From positions 1 through 34,599 of IMG/VR virus record IMGVR_UViG_3300019996_000013: a stretch of 34,599 nucleotides of DNA; one strand, given 5' to 3'. Within the stretch, counting starts at the first letter, position 1, and each line of letters begins with the position of its first letter. The translations under genes and the position numbers were made by a program. Under the pieces are notes generated by a model, which searched no databases, was not told where the DNA came from, and was given only the letters and a program-made list of their open reading frames with translations. Source of the stretch: a virus. Taxonomy: Duplodnaviria > Caudoviricetes. Shown in pieces: positions 17,916 to 27,701 of this stretch.

Positions 17916-18131
17916 TTAAGTATTATCACTTTGTTCATGTATCTGTTTTTCTCGTTTTATCTGTTCTGCAAGGGCTCGCATTACCCATAAGCGCATGGTA
18001 ATACCCCGAGCTGCAGCCATTCCCTTTATTTTTCTATGGTCTTGTTCCGATAAATCAACCAATAGGCGCTTTTTTGATTTAACTGTCGACATAGTGTCGA
18101 CACTTGAAGTAAGCCGTTTTGTATTTTCCAT
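17916..18131 (-). CDS. Ribbon-helix-helix DNA-binding protein (Arc/Mnt/ParG-like)
   Basis: KKRLLVDLSEQDHRKIKGMAAARGITMRLWVMRAL; AAGGAG SD. Confidence 0.8.
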   Translation of the reverse strand: MENTKRLTSSVDTMSTVKSKKRLLVDLSEQDHRKIKGMAAARGITMRLWVMRALAEQIKREKQIHEQSDNT

Positions 18132-18150
18132 AGACGCACTCCTTAAAATA

Positions 18151-18168
18151 TATAAATATATATTTATA
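18151..18168. promoter_or_regulatory. Perfect 18-bp palindrome upstream of the RHH gene (operator candidate)
   Basis: TATAAATATATATTTATA in the divergent intergenic region; A/T-only, so chance occurrence is possible. Confidence 0.4.
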
Positions 18169-18275
18169 CTACAACTTTCTTTTCACTATTGCAACTGGTT
18201 CCCTTTCGAGTTCTACTAAAGCAAGAAATACCATGAATCTACATGGATCTGGCGCTCGCTCTAAGGAGAAAATAT

Positions 18276-18929
18276 ATGAAAAATATTTTTCTATTTTTAT
18301 TAATAACGATTCCTAGTCTTGCTGCAGATAAAGATTCTCCGGAAAAGTCCGAAGGGAAAGTGCAACTGAGTCCTTTGATTGTTAATCGAGGCGGTCTGCG
18401 AATTCACTATCTACATCCTGTAGCTCCCCTGGTTGTTTCTCATAATCCTGAACTTAGGAGAGGTGGAATGCCATATCAAGATTTAACGCCGGTTTTAGAG
18501 GGGTATGGCACCGATGACGAAGAGGAAATATGGGTATTAAATGGTGGTGGTGGTGGTGATAATAGTCCTAGTAGCGATGAAGAATCATATATGGAGGCAC
18601 AGCGTAATAAACTTCTCGCTTCGCATCTTTTAGGCTCGATGATGTCGTTACCCGGAGCCGTTACTCCTACGCTTATTGATCTTCAAGAAGTACGGGTACC
18701 GGAACATAAACATAGTTTTCCTGAGGTTGTGAGACGTCAAAATGCAGAAATAATGCTTGTTCGTCGAGGTTCGTCGCCAACAATGCCAGAACAATCACCG
18801 GTAATAATGCGATCACAACCTATTGATATTCCTCCTCGAATAGAACCACAGCCAGACGAACAAAAACCTAAGAGTAATGATCGAGGGAAATGCCAATCGT
18901 TGTGGGAAATGTGTTCTGGAAGAAAGTAA
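18276..18929 (+). CDS. Secreted low-complexity Pro/Ser/Glu-rich protein (moron, effector candidate)
   Basis: AAGGAG SD before ATG 18276; signal peptide MKNIFLFLLITIPSLAA; disordered character. Confidence 0.75.
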   Translation: MKNIFLFLLITIPSLAADKDSPEKSEGKVQLSPLIVNRGGLRIHYLHPVAPLVVSHNPELRRGGMPYQDLTPVLEGYGTDDEEEIWVLNGGGGGDNSPSSDEESYMEAQRNKLLASHLLGSMMSLPGAVTPTLIDLQEVRVPEHKHSFPEVVRRQNAEIMLVRRGSSPTMPEQSPVIMRSQPIDIPPRIEPQPDEQKPKSNDRGKCQSLWEMCSGRK

Positions 18930-18974
18930 AAACAATACTATAGTTCAATCTTTTTCAAGATTAAGGAGATAATA

Positions 18975-19949
18975 ATGTCGGTGAATCTACAAAATAATCG
19001 CGTTGCTTACGGGTTAAATGATCCTTTATTGCTGACTGGACCACTTCCTATAATTGCTCAACGCGCACCTACAGCTAATGATAAAGCAGAATTAGGAACT
19101 GAGTGGATTGATAAACCGAATAATCAGGTGTATTTCTTAACCAGTATTGTTAATAACCAAGCCAATTGGTCTAAGGTTGCTAATGGGCTCTTGCTTATAA
19201 CCTTAACAGGTGATAGTGGCGGTGCTGTTCCGGCAACTGCAAACAACATTGATATTTTCGGTGGTACAGGAATTACAGTTGCAGGTACTCCTGGAAGTTC
19301 TCTTCTCTCTATTGGGTTAAATGATGATGTCGTTATCACATTGACTGGTGATAGTGGTGGTGCAGTACCAGGAACTGGCAATAATATTGATGTACAAGGC
19401 GGTACAGGTATTGTGGTAGCTGGTACCCCAGGAAGTTCTCTTCTGTCTATTGGGGTCAGTGATTCTGTTCTGTTAACATTGACTGGCGATACGGGTGGAG
19501 CAGTACCAGGAACTACAAATAATATTAATATCCAGGGCGCTCGTTCAGTGCTTACGGTTACCGGTATTCCATTAAGTTCGTTATTTCAAATTGATGTAAC
19601 GGGTGGTGGCTTGGCTTGGATAGAATCACCAGCAGCGACAGATGCCATATCATTGATAATTAATACTGCCTACATTTCTAATCCTGGTGATGGTAATCAA
19701 GTTGTCTTTCTATTGCCTGCTGTAGCTCCAGTTGGGTCAGTTATTGCGATCGTAGGAAAAGACACTGGTGGCTATCAGATAGCACAGAATGCAGGACAAA
19801 CTATCTTTGATGATCTTGCAGCAACAACAACGGGTGTTCTTGGAACGCTTACTGCAGATAATGCTGGCGCTTCAATAACGATTGTATGTATTACTGCCGA
19901 TACTGATTTTAGAGTTGTTTCAAGGAACGGTACATTCACACCAGCATAA
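18975..19949 (+). CDS. Tail fibre/spike protein with three TLTGDSGGAVP repeats
   Basis: Three ~46-aa repeats; C-terminal LPA..G..IAQNAGQTI domain shared with 21071 and 21595. Confidence 0.75.
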   Translation: MSVNLQNNRVAYGLNDPLLLTGPLPIIAQRAPTANDKAELGTEWIDKPNNQVYFLTSIVNNQANWSKVANGLLLITLTGDSGGAVPATANNIDIFGGTGITVAGTPGSSLLSIGLNDDVVITLTGDSGGAVPGTGNNIDVQGGTGIVVAGTPGSSLLSIGVSDSVLLTLTGDTGGAVPGTTNNINIQGARSVLTVTGIPLSSLFQIDVTGGGLAWIESPAATDAISLIINTAYISNPGDGNQVVFLLPAVAPVGSVIAIVGKDTGGYQIAQNAGQTIFDDLAATTTGVLGTLTADNAGASITIVCITADTDFRVVSRNGTFTPA

Positions 19950-19954
19950 AGTTT

Positions 19955-20088
19955 TATAACGTTGAGAGGATTTGAACTCGTGACGAAATGTCACGGATTG
20001 AAACTTAGGAGCTCAGCTCGTGAAGAAATGTCACGGACTGAAACTTAGAAGCTCAGATTGTTGTTTCAGCGATCCTCTCAACGTTATA
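19955..20088. repeat. 17-bp perfect inverted repeats enclosing two 40-bp tandem repeats
   Basis: TATAACGTTGAGAGGAT (19955-19971) and ATCCTCTCAACGTTATA (20072-20088); repeats 19977-20016 and 20017-20056 match at 37/40. Confidence 0.92.
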
Positions 20089-20132
20089 TACTACAGCAGT
20101 GGTATAACTCATTTTCATAACAGGAGTCTTTC

Positions 20133-20345
20133 GTGGACAAATTAGTAACATTTACCCTTTCCATAACCAGAAATGGTCGTACCTATACATTTGCAGCGCC
20201 AACAGGTTCTCCCCTTGGTGAATCACATGATGTACTCTATGAGTTTTTGGAAGAAGTTGTGAAGATGGCGCGTGAAGCATTCCAAAAATTGGAAGAGCAA
20301 AAACAAAAATCGGCTGATGCTTCATCTCAAACGCTACAATCATAA
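20133..20345 (+). CDS. Small hypothetical protein
   Basis: AGGAG SD, GTG start, 70 aa. Confidence 0.7.
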   Translation: MDKLVTFTLSITRNGRTYTFAAPTGSPLGESHDVLYEFLEEVVKMAREAFQKLEEQKQKSADASSQTLQS

Positions 20346-20374
20346 CGTTGTAGATAACAAAAAGGAGAGTAGTC

Positions 20375-20707
20375 ATGGCAACAACTAATCGCGTAAAAGC
20401 AGTTCCCCTTACTTCTATAGCTTCATCAAGCGTTAGCGGATCCTATGCCGTTATTAATACATCAGGATTACCCAATGCATGTTTTCTTATTCGCATTAAC
20501 AACGCTTCTAATCAAGCTGTTACTATTAGCTATGATGGCTCTACTGACCATGATTATCTTGCTGCTAATACTGCACTTACGTTAGACTTTCAGGCTAATG
20601 CGCAACCAAATGCTTTTATGTCATTATTGGGAGCAGGAACTAAAGTTTATGTAAAAGGAACTGGCGGCACAGGAACTATCTCCCTGAGCGGCTATTATCT
20701 GCTATAA
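20375..20707 (+). CDS. Small beta-sandwich virion protein, paralogue of the next gene
   Basis: SVSGSYA..RINNASNQAVTISYDGSTDHDYLAAN...LDF.AN...GTKVYVKG. Confidence 0.75.
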   Translation: MATTNRVKAVPLTSIASSSVSGSYAVINTSGLPNACFLIRINNASNQAVTISYDGSTDHDYLAANTALTLDFQANAQPNAFMSLLGAGTKVYVKGTGGTGTISLSGYYLL

Positions 20708-20719
20708 AGGAGACCAACG

Positions 20720-21058
20720 ATGAGTTTAGCGATACGAATCCTAGCCGAACCGGTGCGATCACTCGCCTTTGGTAGTATTAGTGGTACTTATGCAGGCATA
20801 GGAGCTTCATTTTCTCATGCTATACGCATTATTTTTATACAAAATTTAACTGATGAAACATTAATGTTCTCACTTAATGGCATTGATGATCACTTTCCAC
20901 TTCCTGCCAATGGTTTCTTATTACTCGATGTTACTGCTAACAAAACACTGGCACAAGGTGCTTTTCTAGCTGAAGGCACACGAGTCTACGTCAAAGAAAT
21001 CGCAAGTCCAAGTACTGGCAGTGTCTATGTTTCTGTCTTTTATGGAACTACTACCTAA
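20720..21058 (+). CDS. Small beta-sandwich virion protein, paralogue of the previous gene
   Basis: SISGTYA..IQNLTDETLMFSLNGIDDHFPLPAN..LDVTAN...GTRVYVK. Confidence 0.75.
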   Translation: MSLAIRILAEPVRSLAFGSISGTYAGIGASFSHAIRIIFIQNLTDETLMFSLNGIDDHFPLPANGFLLLDVTANKTLAQGAFLAEGTRVYVKEIASPSTGSVYVSVFYGTTT

Positions 21059-21070
21059 TAGGGAGAGACA

Positions 21071-21586
21071 ATGTCACAAGCAGGAAGATACGCAACAGCA
21101 GTAGGGCCAGTCGGATCAGTACTGACGCTTACGGGCAATACCGGTGGACCAGTAGGTCCTGATGGGTTAGGTAATATTGATGTCGTAGGATCTGGAAGCG
21201 TAGCTGTTGCCGGTAATGCCGGTACCAATACATTAACAATATCAGTCAGTGGCGGTGGATTACCATGGATTGAAGTTGTAGCCGGTACGCAATCAATGGC
21301 AGTCGATACTGGTTATATAGCAAATTTCGGTACCCCAATTACATTTACTCTGCCTGTCTTAGCGGCAGAAGGGAGCATTTTCCGCATTTGTGGAAAAGGA
21401 GCAGGGGGTTATCTCATTGCCCAAAATGCCGGACAAACTGTCTCTTTCGGTATTGCGACAACAACTTTAGGAATAGGTGGATCATTGACCGCTGCCGATC
21501 CAGGTAACACTATTGAGCTTCTGTGTATTACAACTAATACTGGGTTTCGCGTTCTATCGGCTGTGGGTAACTTTACTGTGGTATAG
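21071..21586 (+). CDS. Short tail-fibre-like protein
   Basis: One TLTGNTGGPV repeat plus the shared IAQNAGQT C-terminal domain. Confidence 0.72.
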   Translation: MSQAGRYATAVGPVGSVLTLTGNTGGPVGPDGLGNIDVVGSGSVAVAGNAGTNTLTISVSGGGLPWIEVVAGTQSMAVDTGYIANFGTPITFTLPVLAAEGSIFRICGKGAGGYLIAQNAGQTVSFGIATTTLGIGGSLTAADPGNTIELLCITTNTGFRVLSAVGNFTVV

Positions 21587-21594
21587 GAGAAACA

Positions 21595-24558
21595 ATGCCA
21601 GGATCTATAAATAGCATTGATAATAAAACAACGGATAGTTCTTTTTTTGTGGAAGATACTGACAATGCGGCCACTACCAGTACTCTTGATATGCGTAAGA
21701 GTCGCCTGGGTGGTATCATTACTAATGGTGATACGATTGGCAATGTTCGCTTTATGGGATTTGATGGTGCCACTTATCAAGTAGGCGCGCGTATTTATGG
21801 TGTAACTGATGGCACAATAGGTGCTGGACGTATGCCGACAGATCTATTTTTCAATACTTCTCCCAATTTAGTAAGTGGCGATTTATTACGTATGCAGATT
21901 GCTGCTGCCGGAAACGTCACTATATTTGCTCCTGATTCAGGCATAGGTCTTACTATTGGTGCTGGTGGCGAAGTTATTAGTAGCGGCGATCTTAATATCG
22001 TTTCCGGTAATATATTTATGGCCAATAGCGACCCAGGTGCGGCATTCGGGATCTACTGGATGGGTGGTATTCCCTTTATGGCCAATTGGGGAACCAATAA
22101 CGTATTTCTTGGTGCTTCAGCAGGAAACGCGGCACTAACCTTTGGCACCGACAATGTTGGCGTTGGAGAGTTGGCATTATCAGATATCAAGACCGGTAGC
22201 CGTAATGTTTCGGTAGGTAGTAATGCGGGATTAGCCTCGAGTAGTACTGACGATTCAGTATTTGTTGGTTATCAGGCAGGAACGGCTGTCACTACGGGTC
22301 CTAATAACGTTGCCGTCGGTTCACAGGCTTTACAAACATGTATAACTAATATCAATAACGTCGCAATAGGCTATCAGACATTGGCAGCTTGTGTTAGCGA
22401 TAATAATACTGGACTTGGTGTTCAAGCTCTCAGATTTCTGACAACTGGAGCTCGCAACATAGGTCTCGGTCCCGCGGCAGCCTTTGCTCTACTCACTGGT
22501 AATGATAATATAGCTATTGGATTTCAATCCGGTCAGAATTACACTGGTGCAGAATCTAATAACATTGTCATAAGTGGCAGTGGCGTTACTGGAGATGCTA
22601 ATACTATACGTATAGGAACTCAAGGCAGTGGCTCAAGACAACAAAATCTTTGTTATATCGCGGGAATTACTGGCGTTAGTGTTTCTAATCTTGCTCTTGT
22701 ATCTATTGACACTGTAACAGGGCAGTTAGGATCCACCAGTGGCGGTTCATCATTTCTTAATGCACTCAATGGTGACACAGGTACGGCTACGCCTTCTAGT
22801 GGTACAATTACTATTGCTGGCGGTGTTGGCATTACAACTTCGGCAGCCAGTAGCACAGTTACAATAGATCTTGATGCTCCAGTCTCTATTGCAAATGGCG
22901 GTACAAATGCTATTTCATTTACTACCACTGATGGGACTATTTATTTTGACGGCACAAGCTTAGTAACTACCACTACAGGTAGTTCTGGAGATGTTCTGAC
23001 AAGTAATGGTATCGGTGTGGCGCCTACCTATCAAGCTATTTCTGCGAGCGGCGCTATCACGACAATAAACGGAAACTCTGGATCAGTTACTCCTACCCTA
23101 GGAGCAGTAACTATTTCCGGTGGAAATAATATTACTTCTTCTGGAAGCGGGTCTACGCTAACCGTGAATGTTTCCGGCACGACTGACCATGCACTACAAT
23201 TAGGAAATGCGACTAATAGTCTCAGTTCATTAGTATTAGGTTTAGCCGGGCAGTTATTACAATCGGCAGGTGCAGGCGTTGATCCAGCATGGACAACTTC
23301 TACCTATCCGAGCACTAATGCTCAAGGTGATTTGATCTATGGTTCGGCACTTAATACATTCTCGACATTAGTTAAAGACACTAATGCAACACGTTATTTA
23401 GCCAATACGGGGACCACGAATAATCCTAAATGGGATCAAGTAGCGCTTTCAACCGGTGTTACGGGCGTCTTACCTATCGCTAACGGTGGTACCAATGCTT
23501 CGTCATTTGTAACAACTGATGGGACTGTCTATTACGATGGTACTTCTTTGGTCACTACAACTACGGGTACTTCAGGGCAGGTCCTGACAAGTAACGGAGT
23601 AGGCCTCGCACCTACCTATCAAGCAGTATCAGCAAGTGGTGGCATAACCACCATCAATGGTAATTCTGGATCGGTAACGCCTACGCTCGGAGTGGTTACT
23701 ATTTCCGGTGGTAACAATATTACTACAAGTGGTTCAGGTTCTACTTTAACAGTCAATGTTTCTGGTACGACAAACCATACAGTGCAGATAGGTAATGCTA
23801 CCAATAGCTTGACCTCTATTGCTACTGGATCGTCTGGTCAGCTATTGCAATCGGCTGGATCTTCTGCTGATCCTGCGTGGACTACAAGTACCTATCCAGC
23901 AACTAATGCTCAAGGCGATCTCATCTATGGATCAGCAAGTAACGTGTTCTCAACACTAGCAAAAGACACCAATGCAACACGATATTTATCCAATACCGGT
24001 ACTACTAACAACCCCGCATGGGCACAAATAGATCTTTCCAATGGCGTTACTGGAATTCTTCCAATTGCCAATGGCGGTACATTTGCTTCCTCATTCACGA
24101 CTACTGATGGCACAGTCTATTATGACGGTACACGACTGGTTACAACTACCACCGGTTCTTCAGGTCAAGTACTTACGAGTAATGGTATAGGACTTGCTCC
24201 TACCTATCAAGCAGTGGGGTCTTCAGCATTTCCTTGGACAGTGGTAACGGGAGCGACACAGGCTATCGCTGTTAATAATGGCTATATAGCAAACAATGCA
24301 GGTACGTGTGTTATGACCTTGCCAGCAACTGCTGCTGTTGGGGATCTTGTTCGTGTTACGGGGATCAATAATGCTACCGGTTGGAAAATAGCACAAAATA
24401 GTGGACAGACCATCTATTTTGGCGATTCTCCTACTACTACGGGAGCTACTGGATTCTTGGCATCATCGCTTACACGAGATTCAGTTGAATTAGTCTGCGT
24501 CGTTGCTAATAATGATTGGAACGTGTTGTCAGCACAAGGCAATATTCAAGTTTCTTAA
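21595..24558 (+). CDS. Long tail fibre/adhesin: YadA-head-like beta-roll repeats, 196-aa tandem repeats, shared C-terminal domain
   Basis: NVGVGELAL/NVAVGSQAL/NVAIGYQTL 14-aa repeats; IANGGT modules at 22888, 23476 and 24064 (588-nt period). Confidence 0.82.
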   Translation: MPGSINSIDNKTTDSSFFVEDTDNAATTSTLDMRKSRLGGIITNGDTIGNVRFMGFDGATYQVGARIYGVTDGTIGAGRMPTDLFFNTSPNLVSGDLLRMQIAAAGNVTIFAPDSGIGLTIGAGGEVISSGDLNIVSGNIFMANSDPGAAFGIYWMGGIPFMANWGTNNVFLGASAGNAALTFGTDNVGVGELALSDIKTGSRNVSVGSNAGLASSSTDDSVFVGYQAGTAVTTGPNNVAVGSQALQTCITNINNVAIGYQTLAACVSDNNTGLGVQALRFLTTGARNIGLGPAAAFALLTGNDNIAIGFQSGQNYTGAESNNIVISGSGVTGDANTIRIGTQGSGSRQQNLCYIAGITGVSVSNLALVSIDTVTGQLGSTSGGSSFLNALNGDTGTATPSSGTITIAGGVGITTSAASSTVTIDLDAPVSIANGGTNAISFTTTDGTIYFDGTSLVTTTTGSSGDVLTSNGIGVAPTYQAISASGAITTINGNSGSVTPTLGAVTISGGNNITSSGSGSTLTVNVSGTTDHALQLGNATNSLSSLVLGLAGQLLQSAGAGVDPAWTTSTYPSTNAQGDLIYGSALNTFSTLVKDTNATRYLANTGTTNNPKWDQVALSTGVTGVLPIANGGTNASSFVTTDGTVYYDGTSLVTTTTGTSGQVLTSNGVGLAPTYQAVSASGGITTINGNSGSVTPTLGVVTISGGNNITTSGSGSTLTVNVSGTTNHTVQIGNATNSLTSIATGSSGQLLQSAGSSADPAWTTSTYPATNAQGDLIYGSASNVFSTLAKDTNATRYLSNTGTTNNPAWAQIDLSNGVTGILPIANGGTFASSFTTTDGTVYYDGTRLVTTTTGSSGQVLTSNGIGLAPTYQAVGSSAFPWTVVTGATQAIAVNNGYIANNAGTCVMTLPATAAVGDLVRVTGINNATGWKIAQNSGQTIYFGDSPTTTGATGFLASSLTRDSVELVCVVANNDWNVLSAQGNIQVS

Positions 24559-24568
24559 AGGAGTAGTT

Positions 24569-25510
24569 ATGGCTTTTTTTAATAACGCTATAAATGGTCG
24601 CGGCCAGCTTACTACAACATTTACTGGTAGTGGTACGTGGACCATGGATCATCGGACCAATTTCGTTCAACTTCTTATTTGGAGTGGTGGCGGTGGTGGC
24701 GGATCGGGACGACGGGGAGTAACTACTACCGCTGCTGGCGGAGGAGGCGGATCTCAAGGAGGATTCCTTGAGTCGTGGCTTCCAGCTTCTGCTTTTGCTG
24801 CATCAGAAACAGTAACTATTGGAGCAGCAGGTGGTGGTGGCGCTGCTCAAACGGTTAATGATACTAGTGGAAATAATGGAACTGCGGGTGGCTTAAGTTC
24901 TCTAGGAAATATGCGAGCAACTCCTGGGGTGGCATCAGGAAATTTCTTTGGTTCAGGAGGTAACACGGGTAGTGGAACTGGTGGACCTGGTACAACTAAA
25001 ATTTTACTTTCCAATGGCGTAGGAGTTATTGGATCGATCGTGGCTACAGGTGGTGGATCAGGAACTACTCAAGATGGGCAGTCTGCTAACTACATACAAT
25101 CAATACCAGATATTTCTTCTGACACGTACTCTTTTGGTATTGGAGGAGGCGGTGGTGGCGGCGCAGGTGCTGATAGTATTACAGTTCGAACAGGCGGAAA
25201 TGGATCTGGTATTCGTTTTATTAACTCTGCAGTATACATTGTTGCAGTAGCAGCCGGCGGAGTTGAAACAGGAACTATCAACGGCGCGAACGGGACAACT
25301 GGAGCTTTTGGCAGTACTGGTGCCTACTACGGAGGATCTGGCGGCGGCGGCGGCGGCGGACAAAAAACTGGCGGTAGTGCTGGTACTGGTGGTGCTGGAG
25401 GAACTTTTGGCGGTGGCGGTGGTGGTGGCGGCGGTTCATTGAATGGAACCAATAGCGGCGCAGGCGGCTCTGGCGGGGCTGGTAGAATTGTTGTTGTGGA
25501 ATATTTCTAA
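24569..25510 (+). CDS. Glycine-rich (polyglycine) tail fibre tip protein
   Basis: AAGGAG SD before ATG 24569; TFTGSGTWT...WSGGGGGGSG...GGAGRIVVVEYF. Confidence 0.78.
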   Translation: MAFFNNAINGRGQLTTTFTGSGTWTMDHRTNFVQLLIWSGGGGGGSGRRGVTTTAAGGGGGSQGGFLESWLPASAFAASETVTIGAAGGGGAAQTVNDTSGNNGTAGGLSSLGNMRATPGVASGNFFGSGGNTGSGTGGPGTTKILLSNGVGVIGSIVATGGGSGTTQDGQSANYIQSIPDISSDTYSFGIGGGGGGGAGADSITVRTGGNGSGIRFINSAVYIVAVAAGGVETGTINGANGTTGAFGSTGAYYGGSGGGGGGGQKTGGSAGTGGAGGTFGGGGGGGGGSLNGTNSGAGGSGGAGRIVVVEYF

Positions 25511-25519
25511 GGAGAAACC

Positions 25520-25714
25520 ATGCGCCATGCAATCATTGATCGTTCATTGACCGTGATCAATATCATCAAATGGGACGGTATAAGCAAATGGAATTCCCCT
25601 ATAGGAACGACTGTCATTCAATCCGATGTTGCTCAAATCGGTGATATATATGATCCGAAAAATGACGTTTTCATTCCTGATTCCGCACGTATTGCAAAAC
25701 CAGATAATCAGTAA
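25520..25714 (+). CDS. Small fibre-associated protein, paralogue of 27702-27902
   Basis: MRHAII...VINIIKWDGISKW...IGDIYD...FIP. Confidence 0.72.
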   Translation: MRHAIIDRSLTVINIIKWDGISKWNSPIGTTVIQSDVAQIGDIYDPKNDVFIPDSARIAKPDNQ

Positions 25715-25741
25715 TTAATGTTTCCAAAAGGAGAGAGTAAT

Positions 25742-27688
25742 ATGGCAAATCCACAAAATAAACGTCTAACAGGCCTCAATCCTTTGGCCTACTTAGGAGT
25801 TGAACCTATTACTCCTCCTGATGAAGTGATTGATAATCGTGTTCCAACTATTAATGATTATGATAATTTCAATTTAGGTACCTTTTGGCTCGATTCAGCC
25901 AGTGAGGATCTCTATCTCTTAACCAATAAAGACGCGGGAATTGCAACGTGGCGACTGCTAGGTGGATCTACAGTATTACTTGCTTTGGATGGCGATACAG
26001 GTACCGCAGTACCTTCTGGCGGTGTTATTACTATTGCCGGTGGTTCTGGGATATCAACAGCAGCAAGTGGAAGTACCGTTACAATTACAGCAACTGGATC
26101 AGGAGGAGCAACAACCTTTGATGCCGATAGTGGATCTGCTGCTCCGTTGGCGGGCGTTATTATCATGGCTGGCGGTTCTAATATAACTACATCCGCGAGC
26201 GGTAACACCGTAACTTATGATGTTTCTGGCGTTATTCCTATTGCTAATGGCGGTACCAATTCTTCATCATTTGCGACTACTGATGGGACTATTTATTTTG
26301 ATGGTACTTCTTTAGTTACGACCGCTACAGGGAGTTTAGGAGACGTTCTAACAAGTAATGGAATCGGTGTGGCGCCTACGTATCAAAGTATTTCTTTTGC
26401 TACACTGACCTTTGCTGGAGATAGTGGTACTGCTGCACCTTCATTAGGTATTATTACTTTAGCCGGCGGCACTGGCATAACAACTTCAGCTTCCGGGAGT
26501 ACGGTTACTATTAATCTCGATACGCCAGTAGCAATAGCCGATGGCGGCACCAATGCCTCATCATTTGCAACAACTGACGGCACGATATACTACGATGGCA
26601 CAAGCCTAGTAACTACAACCACAGGTGGAGCAGGTGATGTCTTAACGAGCAATGGCGTGGGGCTTGCTCCTACCTATCAAACACCTACGACAGGGACTAC
26701 TACTTTTAATGCTGATTCAGGATCGGCAACACCTTCAGCCGGAGCTATAACATTTACTGGTGCTGGTGGAATAACGACGTCCGCCTCAGGAAGTACGGTA
26801 ACTATTACCGGAACTGGTGGCGGCTTTAGTGTAAAAACAACGACATTCAATGCATCAGGAACCTGGACTCCAGATGTTAATGCTTTCTGGGTTATTGCAT
26901 GGGGCTGGGGCGGCGGCGGAGGTGGAGCAAGTGGTCGTCAAGGAACAAATACCACTGCTGGTGGTGGTGCAGGAGGAGCATCATCAGGACCATTTTATGT
27001 CTCATATCCCATAAGCTTTTTCGATCCTTTAGGAGAAACAGTCACTATAGCAGCGGGAGGCTTAGGAGGCGCAAGTCAAGGATCAGCCAATACCAATGGT
27101 AATGATGGAAGCACTGCTACTCTTTCCTATTTAGGATATATATCTCAGCTATCAGCTGGTGCAAGTAGTCCTCAAGGAGGTACTACCGGAACGGCTTTGT
27201 CTCAAGGAGGAGCAACTGGATTATTTATTGTAACCACTGGTAGTTCTCAAATTGGCGGTCAAGGAACGATTACCGATGGCACAACTCATCTTCCCGATGC
27301 TGTCTCGTCTAATTCACAGGGCGGTGGCGGCGGTGGTGGCGCTGATACGGGAACACCTCGGACGGGAGGCGATGGGGGAACAGTTTATACTCCTGATCTT
27401 CTTATAACACTTGTAGCGGGTGGCCTTGGCGGTATTGAGACCGGAACTATTGATGGACAGCCTGGCGCTAATCAATTGACTTCAGCCATGCATGGACTTA
27501 TGTGTGGTGCGAGTGGTGGTGGCGGCGGCGGCGGCCAAAGTTCTGGATTAGTGGCAGGTAATGGCGGTGTTGGTGGTTTTCCAGGCGGCGGTGGCGGTGG
27601 CGGCGGCGGTTCGATCAATGGCACTACAAGTGGCATTGGTGGCGATGGTGCTGATGGCTTAGTTATCGTTGTAGAGTATTTACAATAA
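25742..27688 (+). CDS. Mosaic tail fibre with DSG.A.P repeats, IANGGT modules and a glycine-rich tip
   Basis: AGGAGAGAG SD before ATG 25742; N-terminus resembles 18975, middle resembles 21595, C-terminus resembles 24569. Confidence 0.8.
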   Translation: MANPQNKRLTGLNPLAYLGVEPITPPDEVIDNRVPTINDYDNFNLGTFWLDSASEDLYLLTNKDAGIATWRLLGGSTVLLALDGDTGTAVPSGGVITIAGGSGISTAASGSTVTITATGSGGATTFDADSGSAAPLAGVIIMAGGSNITTSASGNTVTYDVSGVIPIANGGTNSSSFATTDGTIYFDGTSLVTTATGSLGDVLTSNGIGVAPTYQSISFATLTFAGDSGTAAPSLGIITLAGGTGITTSASGSTVTINLDTPVAIADGGTNASSFATTDGTIYYDGTSLVTTTTGGAGDVLTSNGVGLAPTYQTPTTGTTTFNADSGSATPSAGAITFTGAGGITTSASGSTVTITGTGGGFSVKTTTFNASGTWTPDVNAFWVIAWGWGGGGGGASGRQGTNTTAGGGAGGASSGPFYVSYPISFFDPLGETVTIAAGGLGGASQGSANTNGNDGSTATLSYLGYISQLSAGASSPQGGTTGTALSQGGATGLFIVTTGSSQIGGQGTITDGTTHLPDAVSSNSQGGGGGGGADTGTPRTGGDGGTVYTPDLLITLVAGGLGGIETGTIDGQPGANQLTSAMHGLMCGASGGGGGGGQSSGLVAGNGGVGGFPGGGGGGGGGSINGTTSGIGGDGADGLVIVVEYLQ

Positions 27689-27701
27689 GAGAGGACAAAC
27701 T

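Noticed and set aside
19977-20056. CRISPR mini-array
   Set aside because: The two 40-bp units are directly adjacent with no spacer, and no cas genes are present
21595-27688. Diversity-generating retroelement or invertible shufflon acting on the fibres
   Set aside because: No reverse transcriptase or invertase; repeat differences are mainly third-position and not adenine-specific; all fibre genes are co-oriented
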